Assembly (NCBI GenBank): GCA_043228905.1
Contig: JBHGNT010000009.1
Coordinates: forward strand, 8,618,001 to 8,682,000
Direction: 5' to 3'
Length of the DNA: 64,000 nucleotides
Source of the DNA: Azolla caroliniana
Taxonomy: Eukaryota > Plantae > Polypodiophyta
Shown here: positions 1-10,924 of the stretch, piece by piece
How the letters are laid out: each line of letters begins with the position of its first letter
Position numbering within the stretch: the stretch's first letter is position 1
Notes under the pieces: model-generated
What the model was told of the DNA's origin: nothing
The model's database searches: none
Seen by the model: the letters and a program-made list of their open reading frames with translations, nothing else
Translations under genes and position numbers: made by a program

Positions 1-148
1 TGGTTTTTCCCGTCTAGGGTTTTCCACGTTAATCCCTGTGTGTTCGCGTTTTGTTTCTCTTTGTGGATCCTATTTTCTGCTCCATTGATTCGCGCTTACT
101 CGGTTGTGGCCGAGTGGTGAAGGTGAATCGAAGCGTTGATTCCCAACA
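1..148 (+). mobile_element. 3' end of a copia-type LTR (element X) inserted into the RT of copia A'
   Basis: Shares the motifs TGGTTTT.CC..TAGGGTTTTCCACGT and CTCGGT.GTGG with the LTRs at 842-1545 and 20903-21516. Ends ...TCCCAACA, after which RT coding (MMKVPYASAVG) resumes. Confidence 0.8.
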
Positions 149-831
149 TGATGAAAGTACCATATGCCTCTGCCGTCGGAAGCTTGATGTACGCAATGGT
201 GTGTACAAGACCGGACATAGGATATGCAGTCGGAGTGGTGAGCCGGTACATGAGCAATCCCGGCAAAGAGCACTGGAACGCGGTCAAGTGGATACTCCGA
301 TACCTGAAGGGCACGGCAAACGTGTGCCTCCGATTCGGCTCCGGTAAGCCCGAACTCGACGGCTTTACCGATTCGGATATGTCAGCTGATACAGATACCA
401 GCCGGTCCACATCAGGGTATGTGATGACGTATGCAGGGGGAGCTGTTTCGTGGCAGTCGAGGCTGCAGAAGACGGTTGCGTTGTCAACCACGGAGGCGGA
501 GTACATGGCGGCTGTTGAAGCCGGCAAGGAAATAATATGGATGAAGGACTTCATTAGAGAGCTCGGTATCCGGCAGGAGGAGTACCGACTCTACTACGAC
601 AGTCAGAGTGCCATCCACCTTGCGAAGAACGCGGCCTATCACTCCCGGACGAAGCACATCCAGCAAAGATATCACTGGATCCGGGAAAGGGTAGAAGACC
701 AGGAGTTCGTGTTGACGAAGATCCACACGGACGAGAACGGGTCAGATATGCTGACCAAAGTGCTCACACCCGACAGGCTGGAAGCGTGCCGGAAGAGGGT
801 CGGACTGGAAAGACATCCCATGCCGAAGTGA
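149..831 (+). pseudogene. pol: Copia pol fragment: RT C-terminus and RNase H
   Basis: Motifs YASAVGSLMYAMVCTRPD, FTDSD, VALSTTEAEY, HSRTKHI and NGSDMLTK. Cut at its 5' side by the LTR that ends at 148. Confidence 0.92.
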
Positions 832-841
832 AGGGGGAGTT

Positions 842-1230
842 TGTTGGGATTACGGTCCCTCCGGATGGGATGGTCAGATGTCCGGGAATCGGGAATGAAG
901 ACCCGAACGAGGAGTACCCGGTATCGGAGCCGGATGATGAAGACCCGGTTCCGGAGCCGGACGATGAAGATCCGGTTCCGGATCCGGATGATGAAGACCC
1001 CGGCTACGGAGCCGGATGATGAAGACCCGGCTACGAAGCCGGATGATGAATGTACCCGGAGCGAGATCCGGATGCGGGGACATATTTGTGAATATGTTTG
1101 CCAAGGGCCCTTGAGGCTATATTTGTAAATAGCCCGAAAGTCATATGTGTATAAATATGACTTAGGGCAAACAGTTTTGTTGTTGTTACTCTTTTTCTGG
1201 TTTTCCACTTAGAGGGAGCTAAGTGAGCAG

Positions 1231-1281
<51 letters not shown>

Positions 1282-1545
1282 GAAGAGGTCGTTGCCTCTG
1301 TGTATTACCGCCGCCTGTGGCGAAGACAGTGAGCTCAAGGTTGTTGCCTTGTAGCTTCACCATTGGACATTCCCTGTTTATAGTGATAGTTGGAGTTTGA
1401 GGACTCCCGTGGTTTTCCCCATTTAGGGTTTTCCACGTAAAACATCCTGTGTACTCTTCTCTCTATTGTCCTCGTGCATTTTGTATTTCCTGTTTTCTGT
1501 GAGTTGATCCTATTCCTCGGTGGTGGCCGAGCACTGTGTTCAACA
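842..1545 (+). repeat. 3' LTR of copia A'
   Basis: TG...CA ends directly after the PPT, TATA near 1150, a (GA)n tract and a 27-bp tandem array in U3. Homologous to 20903-21516. Confidence 0.88.
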
Positions 1546-3427
1546 ATTGGTTACTATAGTGGCCTTCCTTGCGGCAGTAATAACAGTACACCTTGTGACT
1601 GTTGCTCGTTTCTCCTTTGTCCCCGGTTTGGAGGGTGGGTATGCTCCGGCGGTCGTCTTCGGTTTTTCGGTTATCCGGTACCGATACCGGGTTTTCATTC
1701 CTTGCTGCCTCCCGACGTTCCTCTCTTCGGAAAAATCCACGCTTCTGATTCCGTCGGAAATTTCGGTTCCCTTGTCGCCTCTCTTCTCTGTGTCGGTCGT
1801 ATTCCGGGGATTCGTCTCGGTCGTACCGGTCCCGGGGGTAGCTATCTTTGCGTCTCTCCTCTCGGTCATAGTTGTCGCGTCTTCTATCAGCGTATCCTTG
1901 TCGCCTCTCTTCTCTGCGTCGGTCGTCTTCCGGGGATTCGTCTCTGTCGTACCGGTCCCGGGGGTAGCTATCTCTGCGTCTCTCCTCTAGGTCATAGTTG
2001 TCGCGTCTTCTATCAGCGTATCTGTTACCGCGTTCGCGTTGGTAGCGGTCGTCTCTCCGAAATCGATCCTCGTCCGGGTTCTGATTGCGCGGTTCTATGT
2101 GTCGAAACGGTGCTGCCTGCCGATTTAACAGGTTATATTCGCATCGGTTCGTTGTATGGGCTCGAGAGTTGCAGATCACACATTGTGTCCGCAGGGTGCA
2201 GTCTACTGTTGAGTGCCCCGAATTTAGGCATGTTGTACATTGTAAGGCCTGTCGGAACCTCAGGTCTTCCTCCTTTGGGAGTGCCCGGTGTAACATCCCC
2301 ATCGACAAGAAGGGGCTAGTCTTGTCCATTTCTAAAACCCGATCAATCACTTGGTCCATTGTGCTGGTTTGGAAATCAAGGACTCCGCACATTGTTCGAA
2401 GTGGCTCTTTCAGTGCGGCCAGAAAGACTGCTTTGGCTTCGTCTTCGGGTGGTGCTCTTGTCAGTTGGTTGTGCAGGGTCTGGAACCGAATGATGAATTG
2501 TGGCATAGTCTCGTTCTCTTCCTGCCGGGTGGTGTAGAACTGCCCGACCAATTCCCTTTGCTCAAATTGTCTGTGAAAAAACCTGAGGAATCTGGCCTTC
2601 AAGGCATCGAATGTGGCAAAGCTGCCCGGTAAGTGCTTTGCGTGCCATGGGGTCGCCGGTCCTTCTAAGGTTATGCCGAATTCGGCGATTTTGGATCGTT
2701 CGGCTTCGGGCTCCGTCAGTCTTTGGGAGATATGGTTGGCTTCCCATGTTTGGAGGAATGCGTACACGTGTGCCTCCGCGTCGGCCTCATCCCGGTACTT
2801 TGGGTATGGGTACGGCATCGTGTCGTCCAACTGACTCTCCTATTTCCTCCGCTCTCTGTCCGTTGTTGGCGTTGGTGTGAGAACCTTTGGTTCCTCCGCG
2901 GGTGTTGCCGGTGTCCGGTCCGTTGGTTCCTCCGCGGGTGTTGTCGGTATCCGCTCCTTCGGTTCCTTCGTGGTTGTTGTCGGTATCCGGTCAGCCTTCC
3001 TCGGCGGTTGCCGGTCACTGAATTCCAGGGTTATTTCTTCCTCTGGTGCCGGTGTTACTGAGTCTTCCGACCCCTCGTCCTCCCGGTCATTTGGTGTGTC
3101 GTGGCTGCTTTTATACCGGGACGCAACGCTTCCGTCGCTTTCCGACTCCGCCTCAAGTGTTGCGAATGCTTCTGAGTCCCCGTCGCCCGCGGCGAGCGTC
3201 TGCAGTATCGTTTCCGCCTCTTGTAGGCTTGTTATGCTACTGCCTTCGTCGGGGATTTGCAGAACCCGGAACTGCAGTGCTTCTTCTGCGACTCTCCGAA
3301 GAGTTTTGGAGAATGACTGATCCCGCCGGATCTCGTCGACGGCTTGCTGCAGGGCTTCCCGTCGTTGCTCGCGTTCGGTGTATCGTCTCCCTCGTTCGGT
3401 GATGTGGTCGTCGTTTGGTCTAGACAT
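1546..3427 (-). pseudogene. gag: Gypsy gag with a long N-terminal extension and one in-frame TAG at 2840-2842
   Basis: ORFs 2840-3511 and 1463-2830 share one frame. Contains a retrotransposon Gag core, knuckles CTTCLNSGHSTVDC and CVICNSRAHTTNRC, an RD-rich tract, and a CYYCRKEGH knuckle cut by copia A'. Confidence 0.85.
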
Positions 3428-3462
3428 CCATCCCCCGGTTGTCCTCTGCACTTTGCAGGAAT

Positions 3463-3473
3463 CATGGTCGCCA
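3463..3473 (-). promoter_or_regulatory. Primer binding site of gypsy A (probably tRNA-Arg)
   Basis: TGGCGACCATG a few nt inside the 5' LTR. The tRNA identity is from recall of plant tRNA-Arg 3' ends and was not checked. Confidence 0.6.
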
Positions 3474-3844
3474 AAATAGTGTTGTCTGTCTGGCCGGACT
3501 AGCCTCAACACAGGTGTCTATCCGACACTTCTCCAAAGGGGTGGTAAGGATTGGATGCTAGGTTACACGCATAAGATGATTACAATTAAGCACAGACGGT
3601 AAACAATACGAGATACAGATAAACACGCAATAATTACTATTGTATTACTTCCGTCAAAACACTTTACAAATCATCGGATCCTTTTATAGGCATCCGGCAA
3701 GGTTACAATCGGTGCGCTTAGGCAACCGACATCCGAATCGGTCCGGATCCGTCCCTCTGAATAATAATTCTACTATTATTTACTTCCTATTATCCGATCC
3801 GATTCCGCCTTCCCACTTGTCCTTGCTCTTCTGACCGGCCAACA

Positions 3845-5591
3845 GATGGCTAATAACTCCTTGTCATGTATTTTGTAGTTGATTACCACAACATCGAATT
3901 TGCGCGAATGGAAAGCCACCGGATGCAACTCTTCTTTATCTCCTTGTTGAGAAAGGATGCTACCAAGGGCGAAATCTGAAGCATCGGCCTCCATGATGAA
4001 TGGTTTGCTAGTATCCACATGAGCTAGAATCGGTGTTGATGTAAAGACTTTCTTAAGATGCCGAAAAGCCATATCTGCTTTGATGGACCAAAGAAATGCT
4101 TGGCCCTTCTTCGTAAGTTGTGTGAGGGGTAAGATAATCTTCAAGTAATCTTGTATAAACTTACAGTAGAAGTTAGCAAAACCTAGAAAACATTGTACAT
4201 CTCGTACCGACCGTAGAATTTGCCACTCTAGTACAGTTTGGACTTTAGCTGAATCCATGGCGATGCCCTTTGAGGAGATGACGTAGCCTAGAAATTCCAC
4301 TTGCTTGCAGTCAAAGCTACATTTTTCTAGCTTGGCATAAAGACCATTCTCGCGGAGTCGCTTTAGTACTAATAGTACATGAGAATCGTGCTCTTGCTGG
4401 GTCTTCGAATAAATCAATAGATCATCAAGATAGATGATCAAACAGATATCCAAGAGGTCTCTGAATATATCATTTGCCATGTGTTGGAAGACTGCGGGTG
4501 CATTGGTTAGGCCGAACGGCATAACAGTATACTCGAAATGCCCATACCGCGTGCGAAAGGCGGTCTTCCATTCATCTCTCGGTCGGATCCGCACGAGGTT
4601 ATACGCTCCTCGTAGATCGATTTTGGTAAAAAACTTGGCACCATTAACTCGCTCTAAAAGACTTGATATAAGAGGAAGTGCATACCTATTCCGGATGGAT
4701 GACCTTATTCAATCCGCGGTAATCAACGATGAGACGAAATGAGCCATCTTTCTTCTTGACAAAGAAGATGGGTGCACCGGCCGGAGATTTTGAATGACGG
4801 ATGAACCCGCTTGCCAAGTTCTCCTCTATGTAGGCTCGAAGGACTTCTAACTCGGTGGGTGACAAGTTGTAAATTGGTCCCCATGGTGGCTCGGTTCCTG
4901 GTTGTAAATCGATGGGACAATCATAGGGACGGTGATGAGGAAGGGTACCGGCTTTTACCTTGTCAAATACATCGGCATAAGGATGATATTTTGCCGGAAG
5001 TTGTACTGAGGAGTCCTTCTTAATAGTGCTGGAAGGATGTACTGATATTGCAAATAGGAACATTGCCTCCTTGTGTCCTTCTTCGCGTAATTGATGGAGT
5101 GAAATGGTCGAAACTCGGTGAGTAGATTCTTGGGGTGGTCGATATTGGACTTCTCTTGTTCTCCAATCTATGGCTGGATTGTGTAATTCAAACCAAGGTA
5201 ATCCTAGGACAATGGGATGCTCTGGACTACTAATTATATTAAATGATATTACACACACAAAACTACCTAGGACAACTTGAATGGGTTCTGATTCTTCTAC
5301 AATATTCCCGGTAGCAATGGGACGACCATCAATGACTACTATAGATGCGGGACAAGGAAGTTTTCTTAGGGATATCTGAGAAGCTTGAGCAAAATTTCGA
5401 TCCATGAAACAGGAATTAGCTCCGGAATCTAAGAGTGTTAGGACGGGTACTGGGGTAGTACTTTTAGTACTAACAATGACTTGGGCTAGGAACACATTGC
5501 TAACTTGCTTGGAAGGAATGGAACCACTAATGGGTTGTACAGATCTAGGGTTGTTGTCCAACCAAACGGCTCCTATTTTGGCTGGACTCAA
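3845..5591 (-). pseudogene. pol: Tcn1-like pol (protease, RT, RNase H), frameshifted near 4690 and cut at 3845
   Basis: ORFs 4686-5591 and 3776-4594, with motifs LLDSGANSCF, PWGPIYNLS, FGLTNAPAVFQ and YLDDLLIYS. Confidence 0.9.
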
Positions 5592-6745
5592 TCGTTTAAC
5601 TCTTCATCTAATTGATGAAGGATTTCAAATTTGTTTGAGATACTTGGGCTATTAGTACTATGAATACTATCTGACACTCTATTAGTACTATTAATACTAT
5701 CAGACACTCCGAAGGGAAGAATTGACTCGGGTTTAGTACAGGCGACGATTTGATTTACCTGTCTTCTTGGCCTATGGGGACAATTGATTGCGATATGCCC
5801 TGGTCCACCGCAATAAAGGCATAATCGATTGGCACGTCGTCGTTGCTTTTCTTCTTCCGATAACGGGCCGCGTCGACGCATGGTGTCGATCTCCATCGGT
5901 GTCGGAATATTGGCTTGAGGTACATCGCGTGCAAACGGTTTAGCCATGACTGAGGCGTATGTGGGTTCCGGCCGAGAGCGTGGTATTTGTAACTGACACT
6001 CCGAACGTCGTTCGAAAAGGCGGTTGTCGCATCGGACCGCTCGACTGATTGCCTCCGTAAGAGACTTTGGTTCTTCGGGGAAGGTTAAAAGCAGATCTTT
6101 GACATCATTGCGCAAGCCATAGCGAAACTACTCCATGAGGGCCTGATCATCCCAGGGAATATCTGAGGCGAGTAGACGGAAATCCGCCGCGTAGGCAGAG
6201 GCTGGACGATCGCCTTGACGCAATCTTCGAATCTTGTTGATCGTCGTCCTGATGTTGTCGGTATCTCCAAAGCAGGCTTTAAACTCACCAATAAAATCTT
6301 CAAAGTTATTAAGCAAGGGTGATTGTTTTTCTAAAAGCGGAGCGAACCATGCCAAGGCTGAGCCGCTAAGTAACGTGCCTATTAGGCCGACTCGAGATGC
6401 ATCAGTGGGATATCAGGAAGGATGCATCTGGATGACTAAGTGTACCTGATTAAGGAATCCCCGGAATTGCGATCGCATTCCATCAAATTTCATAGGAAGT
6501 CCAATCTTGGGCTCTTTATGAAATCCTTGGGGACTTGATCCTTGTTGTTGCAACGCTGCTTCGATTTGTTGTACCCGTAATGCTAACTCCCCATGTTGTT
6601 GTTGCGTTTGTTGTTTTTCGAGAGCGATTTGTTGCAGGTCCCCTATCAACCGTTGGTTTTCTTGTTCCAGGGCAACAAAATTTTCTTTTAGGCACTGTAA
6701 CTCGGAGAAAACGGATTGATATTCTTGGGCGCTAACAGTAGCCAT
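5588..6745 (-). pseudogene. gag: Tcn1-like gag with in-frame stops
   Basis: ORFs 6413-6745, 6128-6355 and 5588-6115 lie in one frame. Coiled-coil N-terminus, LRQG..SAYAADF, PTPMEID and a CCHC knuckle. Confidence 0.88.
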
Positions 6746-6817
6746 AGTATAGGGAAAAGGGTAGGAGGATGAGGGAGAACGACAAGTAGGCTGGAGGAAA
6801 GGAAAATTGGTTCAAAC

Positions 6818-7240
6818 TGTCAGGAATAGTAGTAAAGCAGAGATGGAATTAGTACTAAGAAGAGCAGTATTATTAGTACTAAGAGGACGGGATTGCGTAA
6901 GATTCCCGAGAGAGGAAATGAGAAGAGGAGAGAGAGAGAAAGATGATGACAATAGCTAATATATTATGTGAAAAGATAAGTACAAAGAGGCTGAGAGGCT
7001 TAAGACTGGCGTTGAACCAATTTGGTTCAACATAATGCCTAGTGCCATCTTTTATAGTGTTGTCAGGAGTAATCCTGAAACTTCTAGAATGTTCCAGAGA
7101 AATCTGGAATATACATTACTTTCTTATAATAAAACATAAATGAAAATAATATCCTATGAATTACAATAGATAGTGTGATGGTTAAGATCTCGACCCATAT
7201 ACCATAAGGTCATGGGTTCGAGTCTTGCCATATCATGACA
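6818..7240 (-). repeat. 5' LTR of the Tcn1-like element
   Basis: Inverted termini TGTCA/TGACA and a minus-strand TATAAAA at 7056-7050. Copia coding resumes at 7241. Confidence 0.85.
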
Positions 7241-8019
7241 CGTAGCATCCAACAATGTCGGTGAGTTGTGACACAAGAGACTGTGTCATATTAGCCAGAA
7301 GGGGATGAGAAGACTTGCTGGAGATGAAAGACATGCATCTTGAGAAGTGCACCGATTGCTTGGCTGGCAAGCAAAAATGAATCTCTTTCTAGTGAAGGCC
7401 ACCGATGAGACAGAATGCACCGCTAGAGTTGGTGCATACCAATGTGTGTCAAGTGGACATGAAGTCACATGCCGGATCACAGTACTTTATGAGGTTCATA
7501 GATGACCACACCCGGAAGTTGTGGGTCTCACCATTGAAGACAAAGGATTTGTTGAGATACAAGCTCAACATTAGTCGGACTAGTGCATAAACCGGGTGCG
7601 TAAACCGGTGCGCAACAAGAAGTCGTAGCGGTGCGTAAACCGCGAGGCCGTTGGAAAGATATTCCGCGTAGGAATATATTTTGGGAGTTAGTGTAGAGCT
7701 CAGTTATGAGCATTGAAGTACGTGTCAGTACTTCTATCAGTCCGTATGGACTTGTATAAAAGTTCTCATTCAGCACATCCTATGTATAGACTGACTATTA
7801 TTTTTGAATAGAGTGGTGTGTATTCTCTCTCTCTCTCTCTCCCGCCTACTGTGTGTGTCCAAGCTCTCCATTAAACCTGTGTTTTCCTACGTTCTACTTT
7901 CTGTTGCTTCCGCATGTTGTTCTTTTCACATGGTATCAGAGCGTGAGGGTTGAGAACCTCTGCAACTGACCTTAGCTTGAGAAGAAAACCTAACCTTTGT
8001 AAAGAACAGGGAAAACAAA

Positions 8020-9204
8020 ATGGATAGAGGCATGGCTAGCTCACTTCCGACCGAGAAGCTCGACAGAAACAACTACGCGTCTTGATTGTACAAGATGCAC
8101 CAGTACCTGCTCAGGCATGGATATTGGAGCTATGTCGACGGAGCAAATGACACAACACCCGATTCGACACACAAAGACTTCCCAGCTTGGGAACAGTCAG
8201 CGAGTAGAGTTCTCTACTGCTTCGCGTCTTGTGTGGGAGAAAAACTTTTGAGCTATATTCGGGATGCGAAAACGCCAAAGGATGCTTGGGGAAATCTGAA
8301 AAAGATTTTCGCCGCAAGCACCATAGCCAGAAAGCTCCAACTCCAACAGGAGTTGAGCAACTTGCGACAACGCGATTTGTCGGTGGCTGATTACACCTCG
8401 AAGATCAAAGATATATGCGACTCCTTAGCCTCCATCGATGTGAACGTCGAGGAAGCCGAGATGGTGCAGATCTGTCTCAGGGGACTGGCGTCGAAGTTTG
8501 GAGCGTTCCGAACTACTATGTGCACACAGGAGAATACGCCGTCGTTTTTCGACCTACAATCGATGCTCCTTATAGAGGAGAACCACGCGGGTGCGTCAGT
8601 GAGTACGCACACCGATAGAAAGATGTTGTACATGGAGGGAGATAGGCCTTGTGGTCGCGGCGGATGAGGCGAATCGGTGCGCAATGGAGGCGGCCGACAG
8701 GATCAAGGAAGAAGGCACCGAAGTGATACTGACAACAATTCCGAACCCTCCAGAAACAGGGGGGAGTCGAGGCAACGAGAACTGGAAAGGGAAATCCGTC
8801 ATGGAATGCTGGTGTTGTGGCAAGAAAGGCCACAAGGAGAGCGAGTGCTGGAAGAACTTCGCCGATTCGGAGAAAACCCGATCTGGATCTGGACAAACCG
8901 ACCAAGGAAATCGGCAGCTATCGTACTATGCCGAAGGATCCGAAAAAGTCGGAAAGGGGGCAGCCTTTGTGACAAGACACGAGGCGAACTTGATGAAGAA
9001 GATCACCCCGAAATCGGACGAGGTGTGGTACGTTGACTCCGGCGCATCAAATCATATGACAAGCCATAAGGAGTGGTTCTCATACCTTGAGAAACCGATG
9101 CAACCGGGAGTAGTTGCAACAAGAGAGGACACTCCGCGTCCGATCGAGAATGTAGGTGAAGTTCCCCTGAGCCATGTCAGGCAAAAAGGGAAACTCATGA
9201 ACGT
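8020..9204 (+). pseudogene. gag: Copia B gag-protease, with stops and a frameshift
   Basis: LPTEKLDRNNYAS, Gag core, knuckle CWCCGKKGHKESEC and protease WYVDSGASNHM. Interrupted at 9205. Confidence 0.88.
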
Positions 9205-10924
9205 TGTCGCATTACTACGCGCGTGCGTGGAGAAAGGCGGGACCACGGGGGTCTTGGACTAGGGAGTGATGGAGCGTAGGAAGTCATGCTTCACCGTCTC
9301 CGGGGCATCCCAGAAGCACACCGGAAGCAACCGAAGAGAGAGAGAGAGAGAGAGCGTTTAACACCGACTCACGCACACACACTCACACACACATAGGCCA
9401 ACCCGACTCACACCCTTAAGTACAGGAAATGAGGGAAAGGGGAAGCACCCGACACCAACGAAGACGCGAATATACACAGACAGATGCAAACGTATATATA
9501 TATCTAAAAGAAGAATACATTCCCGGCGTCGAGCCGGACAGAGGTAGGTTACAATAGTCGTCAACTGCCAAGCCGCCGGTTGGGGAGCTCATGGGCCCGT
9601 CGCGTCGAGCGGGGTCTTGCGCAGGACATGAGTTGAAGCAAACCCTAAGCGAACACGAAGGGGAAGAAGAAAACTAACTCTAAACCTAACGGTATACCCT
9701 CTAATGCAAAATGGGCAACCCTTTCAGAAAGGGCGTTCCCTTCCTTTTATAGAATAAGGACAAGGATGCGTTACAATGTGGGATAAACCCCGACTTACAT
9801 GGGACCGTCTGTCCCAACTTGACTACTCTTCAGCGCCATAAAGGCGCCCTCGTTATTCACACTAAATGTACATGGGTGCGTACACACGCTGCATCCCGCC
9901 GATGTAGCCAATGTTTCCCGGTTTCCGCCTCTGGCCGAAATTCTTCACGACATCCACCCCCACCTAACCGCACATCCACCGGTATGTGCCAAGTCCGGTT
10001 GAAGGGTGAGAGATTTCGGCCGGTGAGAAACCGGTCTTTCGTGATCCACATCCCGGCTCGCTGCCGGTTTGATCCGTCGACTTCGATTCTTCCTTCGCGC
10101 TTACCTCCCCGTAGGCTCGTTCGACCCGTCGATGGGTCCTCTGCCGCGATCTCCGTAGTACGCGTACTTCCGCCGGCCCTTGTTCAGCTGTATGAACGCC
10201 CCGCTCCCATCGTATGCCCTCGTCCTCTCGCCGCCACCTTCCTTCTCCATGGTCTTACATCGCCACGTTGGCTCGAACCGCCATGGTCTCCGGAACGGTG
10301 TGGAGGATCCCTTTTCGGTCTTCTCCTCGCTTGCCTTCCCGCTCCGGCACCTCTGTGTGCCACATACCCTCGTCCGTTGTTTGGCACTGCCTGTATCGTA
10401 CTCTGGTTCATTGCACGCCTTGTCGGCCCCTTTTCCGGCCAGATCGTGCATCGTCGCTCCCCGCATACTGGTGTCCTTTACATCCAAGGAACACCCCGTA
10501 GTAGCCCGCTTGGCCCTTCCCGTCTTCGTGCTGCTGCAACAGGTCCTGAGTCTTCCGTTTGCCGTCGTCCCCTCGCCCCCACCAGCTTGTCACCTCGGGC
10601 TTGCCGTGTCAGTCTTCGCTACTTCGACAGAGCTACCGAGATCTACGAAGCGAGTGTGGAGGATCCTCCTCCGGCCTCTCTTGCCATCCCCTGACTCCGA
10701 CCCTGTGCAGTCCACTAGGCACTTGTCACCTCGTTCCCGGCACCTCCCTTGTGCCGTCTTCCGCTTCCTTCGTTCGGCCCCGCCCGCGCCAAACACCGTC
10801 CCGTAGTCACGCTTCGATCCGGCCCACGATGGCCACATGCGAGACTCTTATTCCGTCCCAGGTGTGCCTTTCCGGCCCGACACACCTCCCCGTGTTTGCC
10901 CCTACCAGCTCCTTCCGAAACCTC

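Larger units (their letters stand above)
149..1545 (+). mobile_element. Ty1/copia element A' (Tnt1/Tork-like), 3' portion
   Basis: RT C-terminus and RNase H to 831, PPT GAAGGGGGAG at 830-839, and LTR TGTTGG...TCAACA at 842-1545. The interrupted gypsy gag resumes at 1546. Confidence 0.9.
1546..3844 (-). mobile_element. Non-chromoviral Ty3/gypsy element (gypsy A), 5' portion; related to gypsy D
   Basis: 5' LTR at 3480-3844 (TGTTG...CAACA), PBS-like TGGCGACCATG and a gag with zinc knuckles. Inserted into the RNase H (KELLAI) of the Tcn1-like element. Confidence 0.85.
3845..7240 (-). mobile_element. Tcn1-like (Tf1/sushi-related) chromoviral Ty3/gypsy, 5' portion
   Basis: LTR TGTCA...TGACA at 6818-7240. 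Gag with KEPKIGLPMKFDG and CLYCGGPGHIAINC, protease LLDSGA, RT with KTAFRTRYGHFEY and YLDD, and RNase H with EADASD. Inserted into the pre-integrase region of copia A. Confidence 0.88.

Noticed and set aside
894-1050. Short regularly spaced repeats as a CRISPR array
   Set aside because: The units are head-to-tail with no unique spacers, lie inside a plant LTR, and have no cas genes nearby.
2840-3511. Separate ORF upstream of gag (Ogre-like ORF1)
   Set aside because: It is in frame with gag and separated by a single TAG, so it is better read as a Gag N-terminal extension.
7164-7236. Functional tRNA gene
   Set aside because: The acceptor and anticodon stems do not pair. It is kept only as a tRNA-like module.
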